Assembly: GCA_026004015.1 (NCBI GenBank)
Contig: BPIH01000002.1
Location: forward strand, 77,418-141,417
DNA from: Chloroflexota bacterium
GTDB lineage: Bacteria; Chloroflexota; Limnocylindria; Limnocylindrales; CSP1-4
Direction: 5' to 3'
DNA length: 64,000 nucleotides
The position numbers were made by a program, and so were the translations under genes. A model generated the notes under the pieces. The model saw only the letters and a program-made list of their open reading frames with translations, was not told where the DNA came from and did no database searches. Positions 12,081 through 21,070 of this stretch are shown piece after piece. Numbering within the stretch: position 1 is the first letter of the stretch; each line of letters begins with the position of its first letter.

Positions 12081-12937
12081 GGAACGATCTTCTCGATGGG
12101 CAGGACGAGGATGCCCGACGCTCCGGCTGCCTTGAGGCGGGGCAGGAGGCCCCAGACCTCGTCGGCGCCGACGACGGAATGGAGGGCGATCATCCCCTCG
12201 TGGGCGAGGGGGATGACCGAGGGCGAGGCGAGGCCCGGCAGGAGGGCTTCGAGCTCGGCCAGCTTCTCCGCCGGGGCGTTCATCATGACGTACTTCTTGT
12301 CCCGGGCGGCGATGACGGCCCCGAGCATCGTCTCGATGGCGGCCAGCTGCTCGGCGCGCTCCCGACGGGCGACGGGGTTGGCGACGAGGACGGCCTCGGA
12401 ATCGAGGATGTCGCCGATCGGCCGGAGCCCGTTCATGGCGAGGGTCGAGCCCGTGGAGACGAGGTCGACGATGGCCTCGGCGAGCCCGAGGCGCGGGGCG
12501 ACCTCGACGGCGCCCGAGATGGCGATGACGTCGACGGGGATCCGTCGCTCGGCGAAGAAGCGACGGGCGGTGTTCGGGTGGGCCGTCGCGACCCGGAGCC
12601 CGGCGAGATCCTCGACGACCTGGTACGGGGTGTCGTTGGGGACCGCGGCGGCGAGGCGGCAGCGCCCGAAGCCGAGGGAACGGATCCGCGGCAACTCGGC
12701 CCCGGCCTCGGCGAGGAGGTCGATGCCGGTGATGCCGAGGTCGGCGACGCCGTCGCCGACGAACTCGATGACGTCGTTCGTGCGGACGAAGAGGATGTCG
12801 AGGTCGAAGTTCTGGACCCGGGCGACGAGGCTCCGGTCGTGCTCCTCGAAGACGAGGCCCGCGTCGTGGAGGAGGGCGAGGCTCGGCTCGACGAGGCGGC
12901 CCTTGTTCGGGACCGCGAGTCGGAGGCGGCGGCTCAT
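12077..12937 (-). CDS. hisG: ATP phosphoribosyltransferase HisG (long form with C-terminal regulatory domain)
   Basis: Intact 286-aa ORF from MSRRLRLAVPNKGRL. Full-length similarity to long-form HisG. Start overlaps the upstream stop. Confidence 0.9.
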   Translation of the reverse strand: MSRRLRLAVPNKGRLVEPSLALLHDAGLVFEEHDRSLVARVQNFDLDILFVRTNDVIEFVGDGVADLGITGIDLLAEAGAELPRIRSLGFGRCRLAAAVPNDTPYQVVEDLAGLRVATAHPNTARRFFAERRIPVDVIAISGAVEVAPRLGLAEAIVDLVSTGSTLAMNGLRPIGDILDSEAVLVANPVARRERAEQLAAIETMLGAVIAARDKKYVMMNAPAEKLAELEALLPGLASPSVIPLAHEGMIALHSVVGADEVWGLLPRLKAAGASGILVLPIEKIVP

Positions 12938-13305
12938 CGGTCGCCTCCGCGGGGGCTGGCACCGGACGCCGGCGCCTCGGTCTCGGATGGAGCTGCCCGA
13001 CCCTCGGGCCGGCCCGCCAGACGGTCGAGGAGGAGTCGGTAGCCGCCCTCGCCGTGGTGGAGCCACGCGGCGATCCGGGTGATCGTCGCCGTGCTCGCTC
13101 CCGTGCGGCGGGAGATCTCGGCGTAGTGGAGCCCCTCGTCGAGGAGGCGGACGACGGCCCACCGCTGGGCCATGTCGTGGAGCTCGCCGAGGGTGCAGAG
13201 GTCGCGGAAGAAGCGAGCCGCCTCGTCGACGGTCTCCAGGCGAAGGATCGCCTCGAAGAGGGCCGTCGTCTCGGGCGTTCGCCAGGAGTCGTCCCGGGGG
13301 AGCAT
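12934..13305 (-). CDS. YerC/YecD (TrpR-like) family DNA-binding protein, first gene of the his operon
   Basis: A 123-aa protein with the TrpR-related motif YAEISRRTGASTATITRIAAWLHHG and a C-terminal HTH. Translationally coupled to hisG. Confidence 0.78.
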   Translation of the reverse strand: MLPRDDSWRTPETTALFEAILRLETVDEAARFFRDLCTLGELHDMAQRWAVVRLLDEGLHYAEISRRTGASTATITRIAAWLHHGEGGYRLLLDRLAGRPEGRAAPSETEAPASGASPRGGDR

Positions 13306-13377
13306 CGGTCGTCAGGGTTCTCCGTCTCGTCGAGGGCCGACCGGGGTCACCGCCGGCACCGGTGAGGCTCCTGCTAT

Positions 13378-13402
13378 GCTAGCATGCTAGCATGCTACAA
13401 CA
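13378..13402. promoter_or_regulatory. AT-rich CTAG-containing tandem palindrome (TATGCTAGCATGCTAGCATGCTACA), candidate operator for the TrpR-like regulator in the divergent yerC-his / hisA promoter region
   Basis: The only AT-rich stretch in an 87-bp divergent intergenic region of a 75% GC genome. It holds three GCTAGC cores. TrpR-family operators are CTAG-based palindromes. Confidence 0.5.
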
Positions 13403-13511
13403 GGAACCTGCCGGAGCCTACCAGAGCGGCGCCGGACCCGTCAAGCCTCGGACCCGGCCGACGGGTCGAGCGCCGCCGAGTCGACCCCGGCCGGATGCGG
13501 CGGGCTCGGCG

Positions 13512-14264
13512 GTGAGCTTCGAGCTCCTGCCGGCCATCGACCTCCGGGGCGGGCGGGTCGTCCGGCTCGTCGAGGGGGACTTCGGGCGGGAGACCCGCTA
13601 CGCCGACGACCCCCTGGCCGTCGCCGAGGGTTTCGCCGCGCCGGCGCGACCTGGCTCCACGTCGTCGACCTCGACGCCGCCCGGGACGGGGAGGGGACCC
13701 CGGCGAACCGGACGGCCCTTCGCGCGGCTCGTCGGCGCCGTCGGCGGGCGGATGGCCGTCGAGGTCGGGGGCGGGATCCGGAGCGCGGCCGCGGCCGAGG
13801 CCTGGCTCGAGCTCGGAGTCCGGCGGGTCGTCCTCGGCACGGCCCTCCTTCGGGACCCCGAGCTCGGGGCGACCCTCGTCCGACGGGTCGGCTCGGGCCG
13901 CGTCGCCGCCGCCCTCGACGTGCGGGAGGGAGCGGCGGTCGGGGAGGGATGGCGCCCGGGAGCCGTGGCCGCCCCCGTCGAGGCCATCCTCGATCGGCTC
14001 GCCGGGGTCGGGATCGAGACCTTCGTGGTGACCGCCATCGCCAGGGACGGCCGCCTGGGCGGGCCCGACCTCGACCTCCTCGGCCGGCTCGTCCACCGCC
14101 GTCGGGGGCGCATCGTCGCCTCGGGCGGCATCGCCGGTCTCGCCGACCTGGAGGCCGTCATCCGGCTCGGCTGCGCCGGCGCCATCGTCGGGCGCGCCCT
14201 CTACGAAGGTCGACTCGACCTCGGCGCCGCCCTCGCCCTCGTCGACCGGCTCGGACGGGCCTGA
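13512..14264 (+). CDS. hisA: 1-(5-phosphoribosyl)-5-[(5-phosphoribosylamino)methylideneamino]imidazole-4-carboxamide isomerase HisA (two close frameshifts near 13620-13740)
   Basis: HisA motifs LLPAIDLRGGRVVRL, WLHVVDLD (alternate frame), VEVGGGIRS and IVASGGI. GTG start at 13512. Transcribed divergently from the his operon. Confidence 0.78.
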   Translation: MSFELLPAIDLRGGRVVRLVEGDFGRETRYADDPLAVAEGFAAPARPGSTSSTSTPPGTGRGPRRTGRPFARLVGAVGGRMAVEVGGGIRSAAAAEAWLELGVRRVVLGTALLRDPELGATLVRRVGSGRVAAALDVREGAAVGEGWRPGAVAAPVEAILDRLAGVGIETFVVTAIARDGRLGGPDLDLLGRLVHRRRGRIVASGGIAGLADLEAVIRLGCAGAIVGRALYEGRLDLGAALALVDRLGRA

Positions 14265-14378
14265 GCGGCGCCGGCGGGCCGTCCTGGGAGCGCGGGCGAC
14301 GCGCCCGGGGAGGGCAGGGCCGCCGGGCACGCCGTCGAAGGCGAGGCCCCGGCCGGCGGCCGCCCCCGGCCCGGGGTC

Positions 14379-16453
14379 AGCTCGCCTGCTCCTTCTTGTG
14401 GGCCTCGATGATCTTCTGGGCGATGTGGGGCGGCACGTCCTCGTAGTGATCGAAGCGGGCGCTGAAGGTGCCCCGGCCGCCGGTGAGGGAGCGGAGCTCG
14501 GTGGCGTAGTTGTAGAGCTCCGCCTCGGGGACGTGGGCGGTGATCCGCTGGAGGCCGTTCGCCGGCCGGCTCCATGCCGAGGACCCGGCCCCGCCGCCCG
14601 CTGAGGTCCCGGCTGACGTCGCCCATGGCGGCCTCGGGCACGAGGACCTCGACGAGCATGATCGGCTCCATGAGGACCGGATTGCACTGCATGACGCCCT
14701 GCTTGAGGGCCATGGAGGCGGCGATCTTGAAGCTCAGCTCGTTCGAGTCGACGGTGTGGTACTGGCCGTCGTAGAGGGTCGCCTTGAAGTCGACGAGGGG
14801 GTAGCCGGCCAGGACGCCCTCCGCGGCCGCCTCGCGGATCCCCTTCTCGACGCCGGGGAAGAACTGCTTTGGGACGACCCCGCCGACGATCCGTTCGGCG
14901 AACTCCACCCCACCGCCCGGGTTCGGCTCGAGCTCGAGCCAGACGTCGGCGAACATGCCGTGGCCGCCGGTCTGCTTCTTGTAGCGGCCGTGGACCTGGG
15001 TCCGGCCGCGGATCGTCTCCCGGTAGGCGACCTTCGGCGGCTTGGTGACGATGGAGACGCCGAACTTCCGCTTCAGCCGCTCGGCGATGACGGCGACGTG
15101 GGCCTCCCCCATGGCGAGGAGGACCTGCTCGCCGGCCTCGCTCCGCTCGACCCGGGCGGCCGGCTCCTCCTCGAGCATCCGGGCGATGGCCGAGCTCAGC
15201 TTGTCGAGGTCCGCCTTCGTCTGGGGCTCGATGGCGACCCGGAGGGTCGGGCTCGGGAACTCGAGGGCGGGCAGGCGGTACGGCCGGTCGCGGGTCGACA
15301 GGGCGTCGCCGACCTGGGTGACGGTGAGCTTCGCCACCGCACCGATCTCGCCGGCTCGGAGCTCGCCGATCGGCTCCTGCTCCTTGCCGTGGAGGGCGAG
15401 GAGGGCGCCGACCCGTTCGTCCTCGCCCCGGTCGGCGTTGTAGACCGTCGTCTGGGCGTGGAGCGTTCCCGAGAGGACCCGGAGGTAGGTGAGCCGGCCG
15501 ACGAAGGGATCGGCGCTCGTCTTGAAGGCACGGACGAGGAGCGGCCCGTTCGGATCCCGGTCGAGGCGGACGGTCTCCCCGGAGCGGGCGTCGATGGCCT
15601 CGACGGGGGGCAGTTCGTTCGGGGCCGGCAGGTAGCGGACGATGGCGTCGAGGAGTCCCCGGATCCCGATGCCGCGGCTCGCGCTGGTGACGAGGACGGG
15701 GGCGAGGAGTCGGTCGCGCACGCCCCGATGGAGGCAGGCGTCGAGCTCCTCGTCGCTGATCTCTTCGCCCTCGAGGTACTTCGTCAGGACGTCGTCGTCG
15801 GCCTCGGCCGCCGCCTCGAGGAGCTGGTCGCGGCGCCGGTCGACCTCGGCGGCGAGCTCGGCCGGGACCGGGATCTCCTCCTCGCTGCCGTTGGCGAACC
15901 GATACGCCCGCCGATGGACGAGGTCGACGTAGCCGCTGAAGGATTCGGCCGCTCCGATGGCGAGGTGGAGGGGAGCGAGCTTCGGGCCGAAGGCGCTCCG
16001 GAGGGCGTCGAGGGCTCGGTTCGGATCGGCGTTCTCGCGGTCGGCCTTGTTGACGACGAAGAGGGCCGGCAGGTCCCGCTCGCGCGCCAGCCGGACCGCG
16101 GCCTCGAGACCGGCTTCGACGCCGCCCGAGGCATCCATGACGAGGATCGCCGCGTCGGCGGCGGCGAAACCCTCGACGACCTCGGCGAAGAAGTCGCTGT
16201 ACCCCGGGGTGTCGACGAGGGTGATCCGGTGTCCGGCGTGGTCGAGGCTCGCCACGGCGAGGCTGAGGGACTCGTGGCGCTTCTGTTCCTCGGGCTCGAA
16301 GTCGAGGCTCGCCGTCCCGTCGTCGACCCGGCCGAGGCGACCGATCGCCCCGCCGGCAAAGAGGAGCTGCTCGGCGAGCGTCGTCTTCCCGGCCCCCGCG
16401 TGGCCGGCGAGGACGACGCTCCGAAGGTGGGGGATGTCAACGCTCTTCGCCAT
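14379..16453 (-). CDS. Elongation factor G-like GTPase (EF-G2 paralog family); apparent frameshift near 14540
   Basis: Has the G domain (AGHAGAGKTTLAEQLL, DTPGYSDF, NKAD) and domains II-V of EF-G (YRETI, GGHGMFADV). It is not beside rpsL/rpsG/tuf, so it is a paralog. Confidence 0.8.
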
Positions 16454-16588
16454 CGGATCCTCTCGAGCTGCCAGGTCGCTCCGTTGTCAGGGTGGGGTGG
16501 GCTCGGTGGGCGACCGACCCGCAACCGAGCCGGGGGCGGCCGGGGACGGGGCCGGTCGGCCCATCATAGTCCGCTATACTCCGGCGCG

Positions 16589-17341
16589 ATGTCCGGGCAC
16601 TCGAAATGGTCCCAGATCAAGCGCCAGAAGAGCGCCAACGACGCGAAGCGGGGCGCCCTCTTCACGAAGGTCGCCCGGGAGATCACCGTCGCCGCCCGCC
16701 AGGGCGGCGGCGATCCCGAGGCGAACTATCGGCTCCGGCTCGCCATCGAGAAGGCCCGCTCCATCAACATGCCCCAGGAGAACATCCGGCGGGCCATCGA
16801 GCGGGCCGTCGGCGGAGGCGAGGCGGACCAGTACGAGGAGATCGTCTACGAGGGCTACGGGCCCGGCGGGGTCGCCATCCTCGTCGAAGCGGCGACCGAC
16901 AACCGGAACCGGACGGCGGCCGACGTTCGCTCGGTCTTCTCGAAGCACGGCGGCCAGCTCGCCGGGGCCGGGGCGGTGGCCTGGCAGTTCGAGCCGCGGG
17001 GCATCATCACCGTTCCCCGCGACGGCCGCGATGCCGAGGAGATCGCCCTCGCCGCCATCGATGCCGGCGCCGAGGACGTCGACACCGACGACCCCGAGCG
17101 GGTCGAGGTCTACACGACCCCGGGTGCCCTCGAGCCCGTCCGCCGGGCCCTCGAGGCGGCGGGGCTGCCCATCGAGTCGGCCGAGACGGCGATGGTCGCC
17201 CGCCAGACGATCAGCCTCGATCCGGATCGGGCTCGGGCCGCGCTGCGGCTCATCGACGCCCTGGAAGAGCTGGACGACGTCCAGCGGGTGACGGCGAACT
17301 TCGACATCCCGGAGGACGTCTTCGCCGAGGTCGCCGGGTGA
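16589..17341 (+). CDS. yebC: YebC/PmpR family transcriptional regulatory protein
   Basis: Intact 250 aa beginning MSGHSKWSQIKRQK, the canonical YebC N-terminus. Confidence 0.92.
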   Translation: MSGHSKWSQIKRQKSANDAKRGALFTKVAREITVAARQGGGDPEANYRLRLAIEKARSINMPQENIRRAIERAVGGGEADQYEEIVYEGYGPGGVAILVEAATDNRNRTAADVRSVFSKHGGQLAGAGAVAWQFEPRGIITVPRDGRDAEEIALAAIDAGAEDVDTDDPERVEVYTTPGALEPVRRALEAAGLPIESAETAMVARQTISLDPDRARAALRLIDALEELDDVQRVTANFDIPEDVFAEVAG

Positions 17342-17943
17342 TCATCCTCGGGATCGATCCCGGGACGGCGGCCCTCGGCTTCGGGGTCGTCGAGCGGAAC
17401 GGGGGGCTGCGAGCCCTCGACCACGGCTGTCAGACGACCCCGGCCGACGTCGGGCTCCCGGCCCGGCTCCTGGCCCTCCACGCCACCGTCCTCGAGCTCA
17501 TCGACCTCTACGCGCCCGAGCTCGTCGCCGTCGAGCGGGTCTTCTTCTCCCGGAACGCGCAGACGGCCTTCGCCGTCGGCCAGGCCCGGGGCGTCGTCCT
17601 CCTCGCCGCCGCCGAGCGGGACCTGCCGGTCGTCGAGGCGACCCCGTCGGCGATCAAGATCGCCGTCGCCGGGACGGGTTCCGCCGACAAGGACCAGGTG
17701 GCTCAGATGGTCGCCCGAATCCTCGGCCTGCCCGAAGCGCCGGTTCCCGACGATGCCGCCGACGCCCTCGCCGTCGCCGTCTGGGCCGCCCACACCTGGC
17801 CGGCGGGCGCCGTCGACGGGACGGGGCGACTCGACCTGGCCGCCGCCGTCCCGGCTCGTCGGGGTCGCTCCCCCTTCGAGGCCGCCGTGGCCGCTGCCCT
17901 GCGCCACGAGGAGGGCGGAGACCGGCGTCGCCGGAGCCGATGA
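17338..17943 (+). CDS. ruvC: Crossover junction endodeoxyribonuclease RuvC
   Basis: ILGIDPGTAALGFGVV, ERVFF and PSAIK motifs. GTG start overlaps the yebC stop. Short C-terminal extension. Confidence 0.85.
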   Translation: MIILGIDPGTAALGFGVVERNGGLRALDHGCQTTPADVGLPARLLALHATVLELIDLYAPELVAVERVFFSRNAQTAFAVGQARGVVLLAAAERDLPVVEATPSAIKIAVAGTGSADKDQVAQMVARILGLPEAPVPDDAADALAVAVWAAHTWPAGAVDGTGRLDLAAAVPARRGRSPFEAAVAAALRHEEGGDRRRRSR

Positions 17944-18528
17944 TCGCCTCCCTCGAGGGGGTCGTCGGGGCCGTCTCTGCGGACGCCCTCGTCCTCGAGG
18001 TCGGGGGCATCGGCTACCGGGTCTTCGCGGCCCCCGCCGTCCTCGCCGCCGTGGCGCCCGGGCGAGCGGCTGAAGCTCCACACGTACCACCTCGTCCGCG
18101 AGGATCAGCAGGCCCTCTACGGCTTCCGGACGGCCGAGGAGCTCGGCTTCTTCTCCCTCCTCCTGACCGTCACCGGGGTCGGCCCGAAGGTCGCCCTCGC
18201 CGTCGTCGGCTCCCGACCGCCGGCCGACCTCCAGCTCGCCATCCTCCAGGAGGACCTGGCCGTCCTGACGGCGGTTCCCGGCGTCGGCCGGCGCCTCGCC
18301 GAGCGGATCATCTTCGAGCTCCGGGAGAAGGTCGCCGCGGCCGGGACGGCGGTCGCCGCCGCTGGGGCCGGTGGCGGCGAGCCCGAGGTCGTCGCCGCCC
18401 TCCTCGCCCTCGGCTACTCGCAGGCCGAGGCGCGGCAGGCAGCCCGAGCCGCCCTGGCCGAGTCCGGGGTCGGTGGGAGCCTGGAAGAGCGGGTGAAGGC
18501 GGCCCTCCGGAGCCTCGCTCGCGGTTGA
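17940..18528 (+). CDS. ruvA: Holliday junction DNA helicase subunit RuvA (apparent frameshift near 18060)
   Basis: MIASLEGVV...GIGYRV N-terminus. The remainder (LKLHTYHLVREDQQALYGF, GVGPKVALAV, C-terminal domain LLALGYSQAEA) lies in a second frame ending at 18528. Confidence 0.8.
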
Positions 18529-18577
18529 GGACCGGCCCCGACCGTCGGCTCGGAGACCGCGACCGGCGGCGCCGGCC

Positions 18578-19088
18578 TCAGGTGGCCGGGCCGGCGTACG
18601 GGGCGAACTCGCGGACGATCCGCTCGTAGACGGGTCGCTTGAAGGGGACGACGAGGTCGGGCACCTCGGCGCAGGGGCACCCAGCGCCAGGCGTCGAACT
18701 CGGGGTGCTCGCCGCCGAGGTCGATCTCGTCCTCGGAGCCGACGAAGCGGAAGGCCAGCCACTTCTGGCGCTGACCGCGATAGCGGTCCGCCCAGCGCGG
18801 CGGACGGGGCAGGTCCGGCGGCAGCTCGTACGTCAGCCAGTCGCTCGATCTCGCCGAGGAGACGACGCTCCGGATCCCCGTCTCCTCGGCGAGCTCCCGG
18901 AGGCCGGCGGCGAGGGGGGTCTCGCCGTCGTCGATCCCGCCCTGGGGCATCTGCCAGCCCGGGCCGTCGTTCCGGGCCCGGTGGCCGACCCAGACGAGCC
19001 CCGCCGCGTTGAAGACGCAGCAGCCGACCGACGGTCGATAGGGCCGCTCGTCGGGTCCGCCCGAGCGCGGTCTCCTCGGCTCCCTCAC
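18578..19088 (-). CDS. rppH: NUDIX hydrolase, RppH-like RNA pyrophosphohydrolase (apparent frameshift near 18640)
   Basis: Nudix box GGIDDGETPLAAGLRELAEETGI and RppH-like flanks (YRPSVGCCVFN, RYRGQRQKWLAFRF, EFDAWRWVPL). The C-terminus is completed in another frame. GTG start overlaps the rrf2 stop. Confidence 0.72.
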
Positions 19089-19561
19089 GGACGGAGCCCG
19101 GCCAGGGCGTCGGCGTGGAGCCCGCGGGGGTCGATGGAGGCTCGGCCCTGGCGGGCGGCGAGCTCGGCGAGGGTCTCCCGATCGAGGATGGCGAGGATGG
19201 CGTCGCGGACGTCGATCATGACGTCGCGGAGGGCGCAGGTCGCCTCGTCGGGGCAGGTGCAGGGCTCGTAGTAGCGGAGGGAGACGCACGAGAGGGGCGC
19301 CAGGGCGCCGTCGAGGAGCCGGATGACCCGGCCGATGGTGACGCTCCGCGGGTCGGCGGCGAGGGTGTAGCCGCCGTGGGCGCCGAGGGTCGTCCGGACG
19401 AGCCCGGCGTGCTTGAGGACGGCGAGGATCTGCTCGAGGAACTTCGGGGGCAGGTTGTTCCGCTCGGCCAGGACGGCCAGCGGGATCGGGCCCTCGGAGC
19501 CGTGGCGGACGAGGTCGACGAGGGCCCGCAGACCGTACTGCGAGCGGGCCGAGAGACGCAT
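19085..19561 (-). CDS. Rrf2 family transcriptional regulator (IscR/NsrR-like, three-Cys cluster ligand motif)
   Basis: A 158-aa protein with an N-terminal wHTH ([11 protein letters not shown]) and a [18 protein letters not shown] cysteine motif. Confidence 0.85.
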   Translation of the reverse strand: MRLSARSQYGLRALVDLVRHGSEGPIPLAVLAERNNLPPKFLEQILAVLKHAGLVRTTLGAHGGYTLAADPRSVTIGRVIRLLDGALAPLSCVSLRYYEPCTCPDEATCALRDVMIDVRDAILAILDRETLAELAARQGRASIDPRGLHADALAGLRP

Positions 19562-19627
19562 GGCCCAATGATGCCAGAAGTCCTACTCGCCGACTCGGGC
19601 TTCACCGGCGATCGGACGGAGCGCGAG

Positions 19628-19645
19628 TTCGAACATGCGTACGAA
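19628..19645. promoter_or_regulatory. Cheo-box-like LexA/SOS operator candidate (TTCGAACATGCGTACGAA) 30 bp upstream of ruvB
   Basis: Matches CGAACRNRYGTTCG at 13 of 14 positions. It overlaps a TAGACT -10-like hexamer before the ruvB GTG. ruvAB genes are frequent SOS regulon members. Confidence 0.45.
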
Positions 19646-19674
19646 ATGGACGCCGGCGTGCTAGACTGCCACCC

Positions 19675-20757
19675 GTGACCGACGACCCGCTCCGCGTCCT
19701 CGCCGCCGACCTCCTCGACGACGCCGACCGGACCATCGAGGCGACCCTCCGGCCGCGGTCCCTCGACGAGTACGTCGGCCAGCGCGAGGTGAAGGCGAAC
19801 CTCGCCGTCCTCCTCGAAGCCGCCCGGGGGAGGGGAGAGGCCGCCGATCACATCCTCCTCTACGGGCCGCCGGGCCTCGGCAAGACGACCCTGGCGACCA
19901 TCGTCGCCCGCGAGCTCGGGGTGAACATCCGCTACACCTCGGGTCCGGCCGTCGAACGGCCGGGCGACCTGGCCGCCATCCTGACCGCCCTCGACGAGCG
20001 GGACGTCCTCTTCATCGACGAGATCCACCGCCTCGGTAAGGCCGTCGAGGAGATCCTTTACCCGGCCATGGAGGACTACGCCCTCGACGTCATGATCGGC
20101 AAGGGTCCCTCGGCGCGATCGCTCCGGCTCAGCCTCAAGCCCTTCACCGTCGTCGGGGCGACGACCCGGGCCGGCCGGTTGAGCAGCCCCCTCCGGGACC
20201 GCTTCGGCGCCACCTTCCGGCTCGACTTCTACGCCCTCGACGAGCTGACGGCGATCGTCCTCCGCTCGGCTCGGATCCTCGACGTCGCCATCGACGAGGA
20301 CGCCGCTCGGGCCATCGCCCGCCGGGGCCGGGGGACGCCCCGGGTCGTGAACCGCCTCCTGAAGCGGGTCCGGGACCACGCCCAGGTCCACGGCTCGGGC
20401 CGCATCGACGAGGCGGCCGTCGAGCTGGCGATGGCGAGCCTCGAGATCGACGAGGCCGGCCTCGACGGGACCGATCGGCGCCTCCTGGCCGCCATCGTCC
20501 AGAAGTTCGCCTCCGGGCCGGTTGGGGTCGCCGCCCTCGCCGCCGTTCTCGCCGAGGAGGTCGAGACCATCGAGGACGTCTACGAGCCGTACCTCCTCCG
20601 CCTCGGCTTCCTCGACCGGACGCCCCAGGGCCGGATCGCCACCGAGGCGGCCCGGAGCCACCTCGCTCGCCTCGGCTACGAGGTCCCGCCGCCGCGGCGA
20701 GGCGAAGCCGAGACGCCATCGCTCTGGGACGGGGCCTCTGGCCCGACGGCCGTCTGA
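19675..20757 (+). CDS. ruvB: Holliday junction branch migration DNA helicase RuvB
   Basis: Intact 360-aa ORF with AAA+ motifs ([20 protein letters not shown]) and the RuvB winged-helix C-terminus. Confidence 0.93.
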   Translation: MTDDPLRVLAADLLDDADRTIEATLRPRSLDEYVGQREVKANLAVLLEAARGRGEAADHILLYGPPGLGKTTLATIVARELGVNIRYTSGPAVERPGDLAAILTALDERDVLFIDEIHRLGKAVEEILYPAMEDYALDVMIGKGPSARSLRLSLKPFTVVGATTRAGRLSSPLRDRFGATFRLDFYALDELTAIVLRSARILDVAIDEDAARAIARRGRGTPRVVNRLLKRVRDHAQVHGSGRIDEAAVELAMASLEIDEAGLDGTDRRLLAAIVQKFASGPVGVAALAAVLAEEVETIEDVYEPYLLRLGFLDRTPQGRIATEAARSHLARLGYEVPPPRRGEAETPSLWDGASGPTAV

Positions 20758-20769
20758 CCGACCCACCGC

Positions 20770-20997
20770 ATGCCCGACCTCGCCCCCGTCGGCCGCACCC
20801 TCATCGTCCTCGGCGTCGTCCTCGTCGTCCTCGGCGCCGCCCTCGTCGTCGCCCCGAAGATCCCCTTCGTCGGCCGTCTGCCCGGCGACATCCGGATCGA
20901 GCGCGACGGCCTCGTCATCTACATCCCTCTGGCGACGATGCTCCTCGTCTCCATCGCCCTCTCCGTTCTGGCATGGCTCGTCGACCGGCTCCGCTGA
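20770..20997 (+). CDS. DUF2905 family small membrane protein
   Basis: A 75-aa protein with two TM segments and the conserved PFVGRLPGDIRIERDG...IYIPL motif. It occupies the yajC-like position between ruvB and tgt. Confidence 0.7.
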   Translation: MPDLAPVGRTLIVLGVVLVVLGAALVVAPKIPFVGRLPGDIRIERDGLVIYIPLATMLLVSIALSVLAWLVDRLR

Positions 20998-21070
20998 GCC
21001 CCGAGGCCCGGCCGTCGGCTGGTCAGGGCGGCCGCCGGCGGATCGTGCCGCCTGGGGTCGGTCCGTCCCG

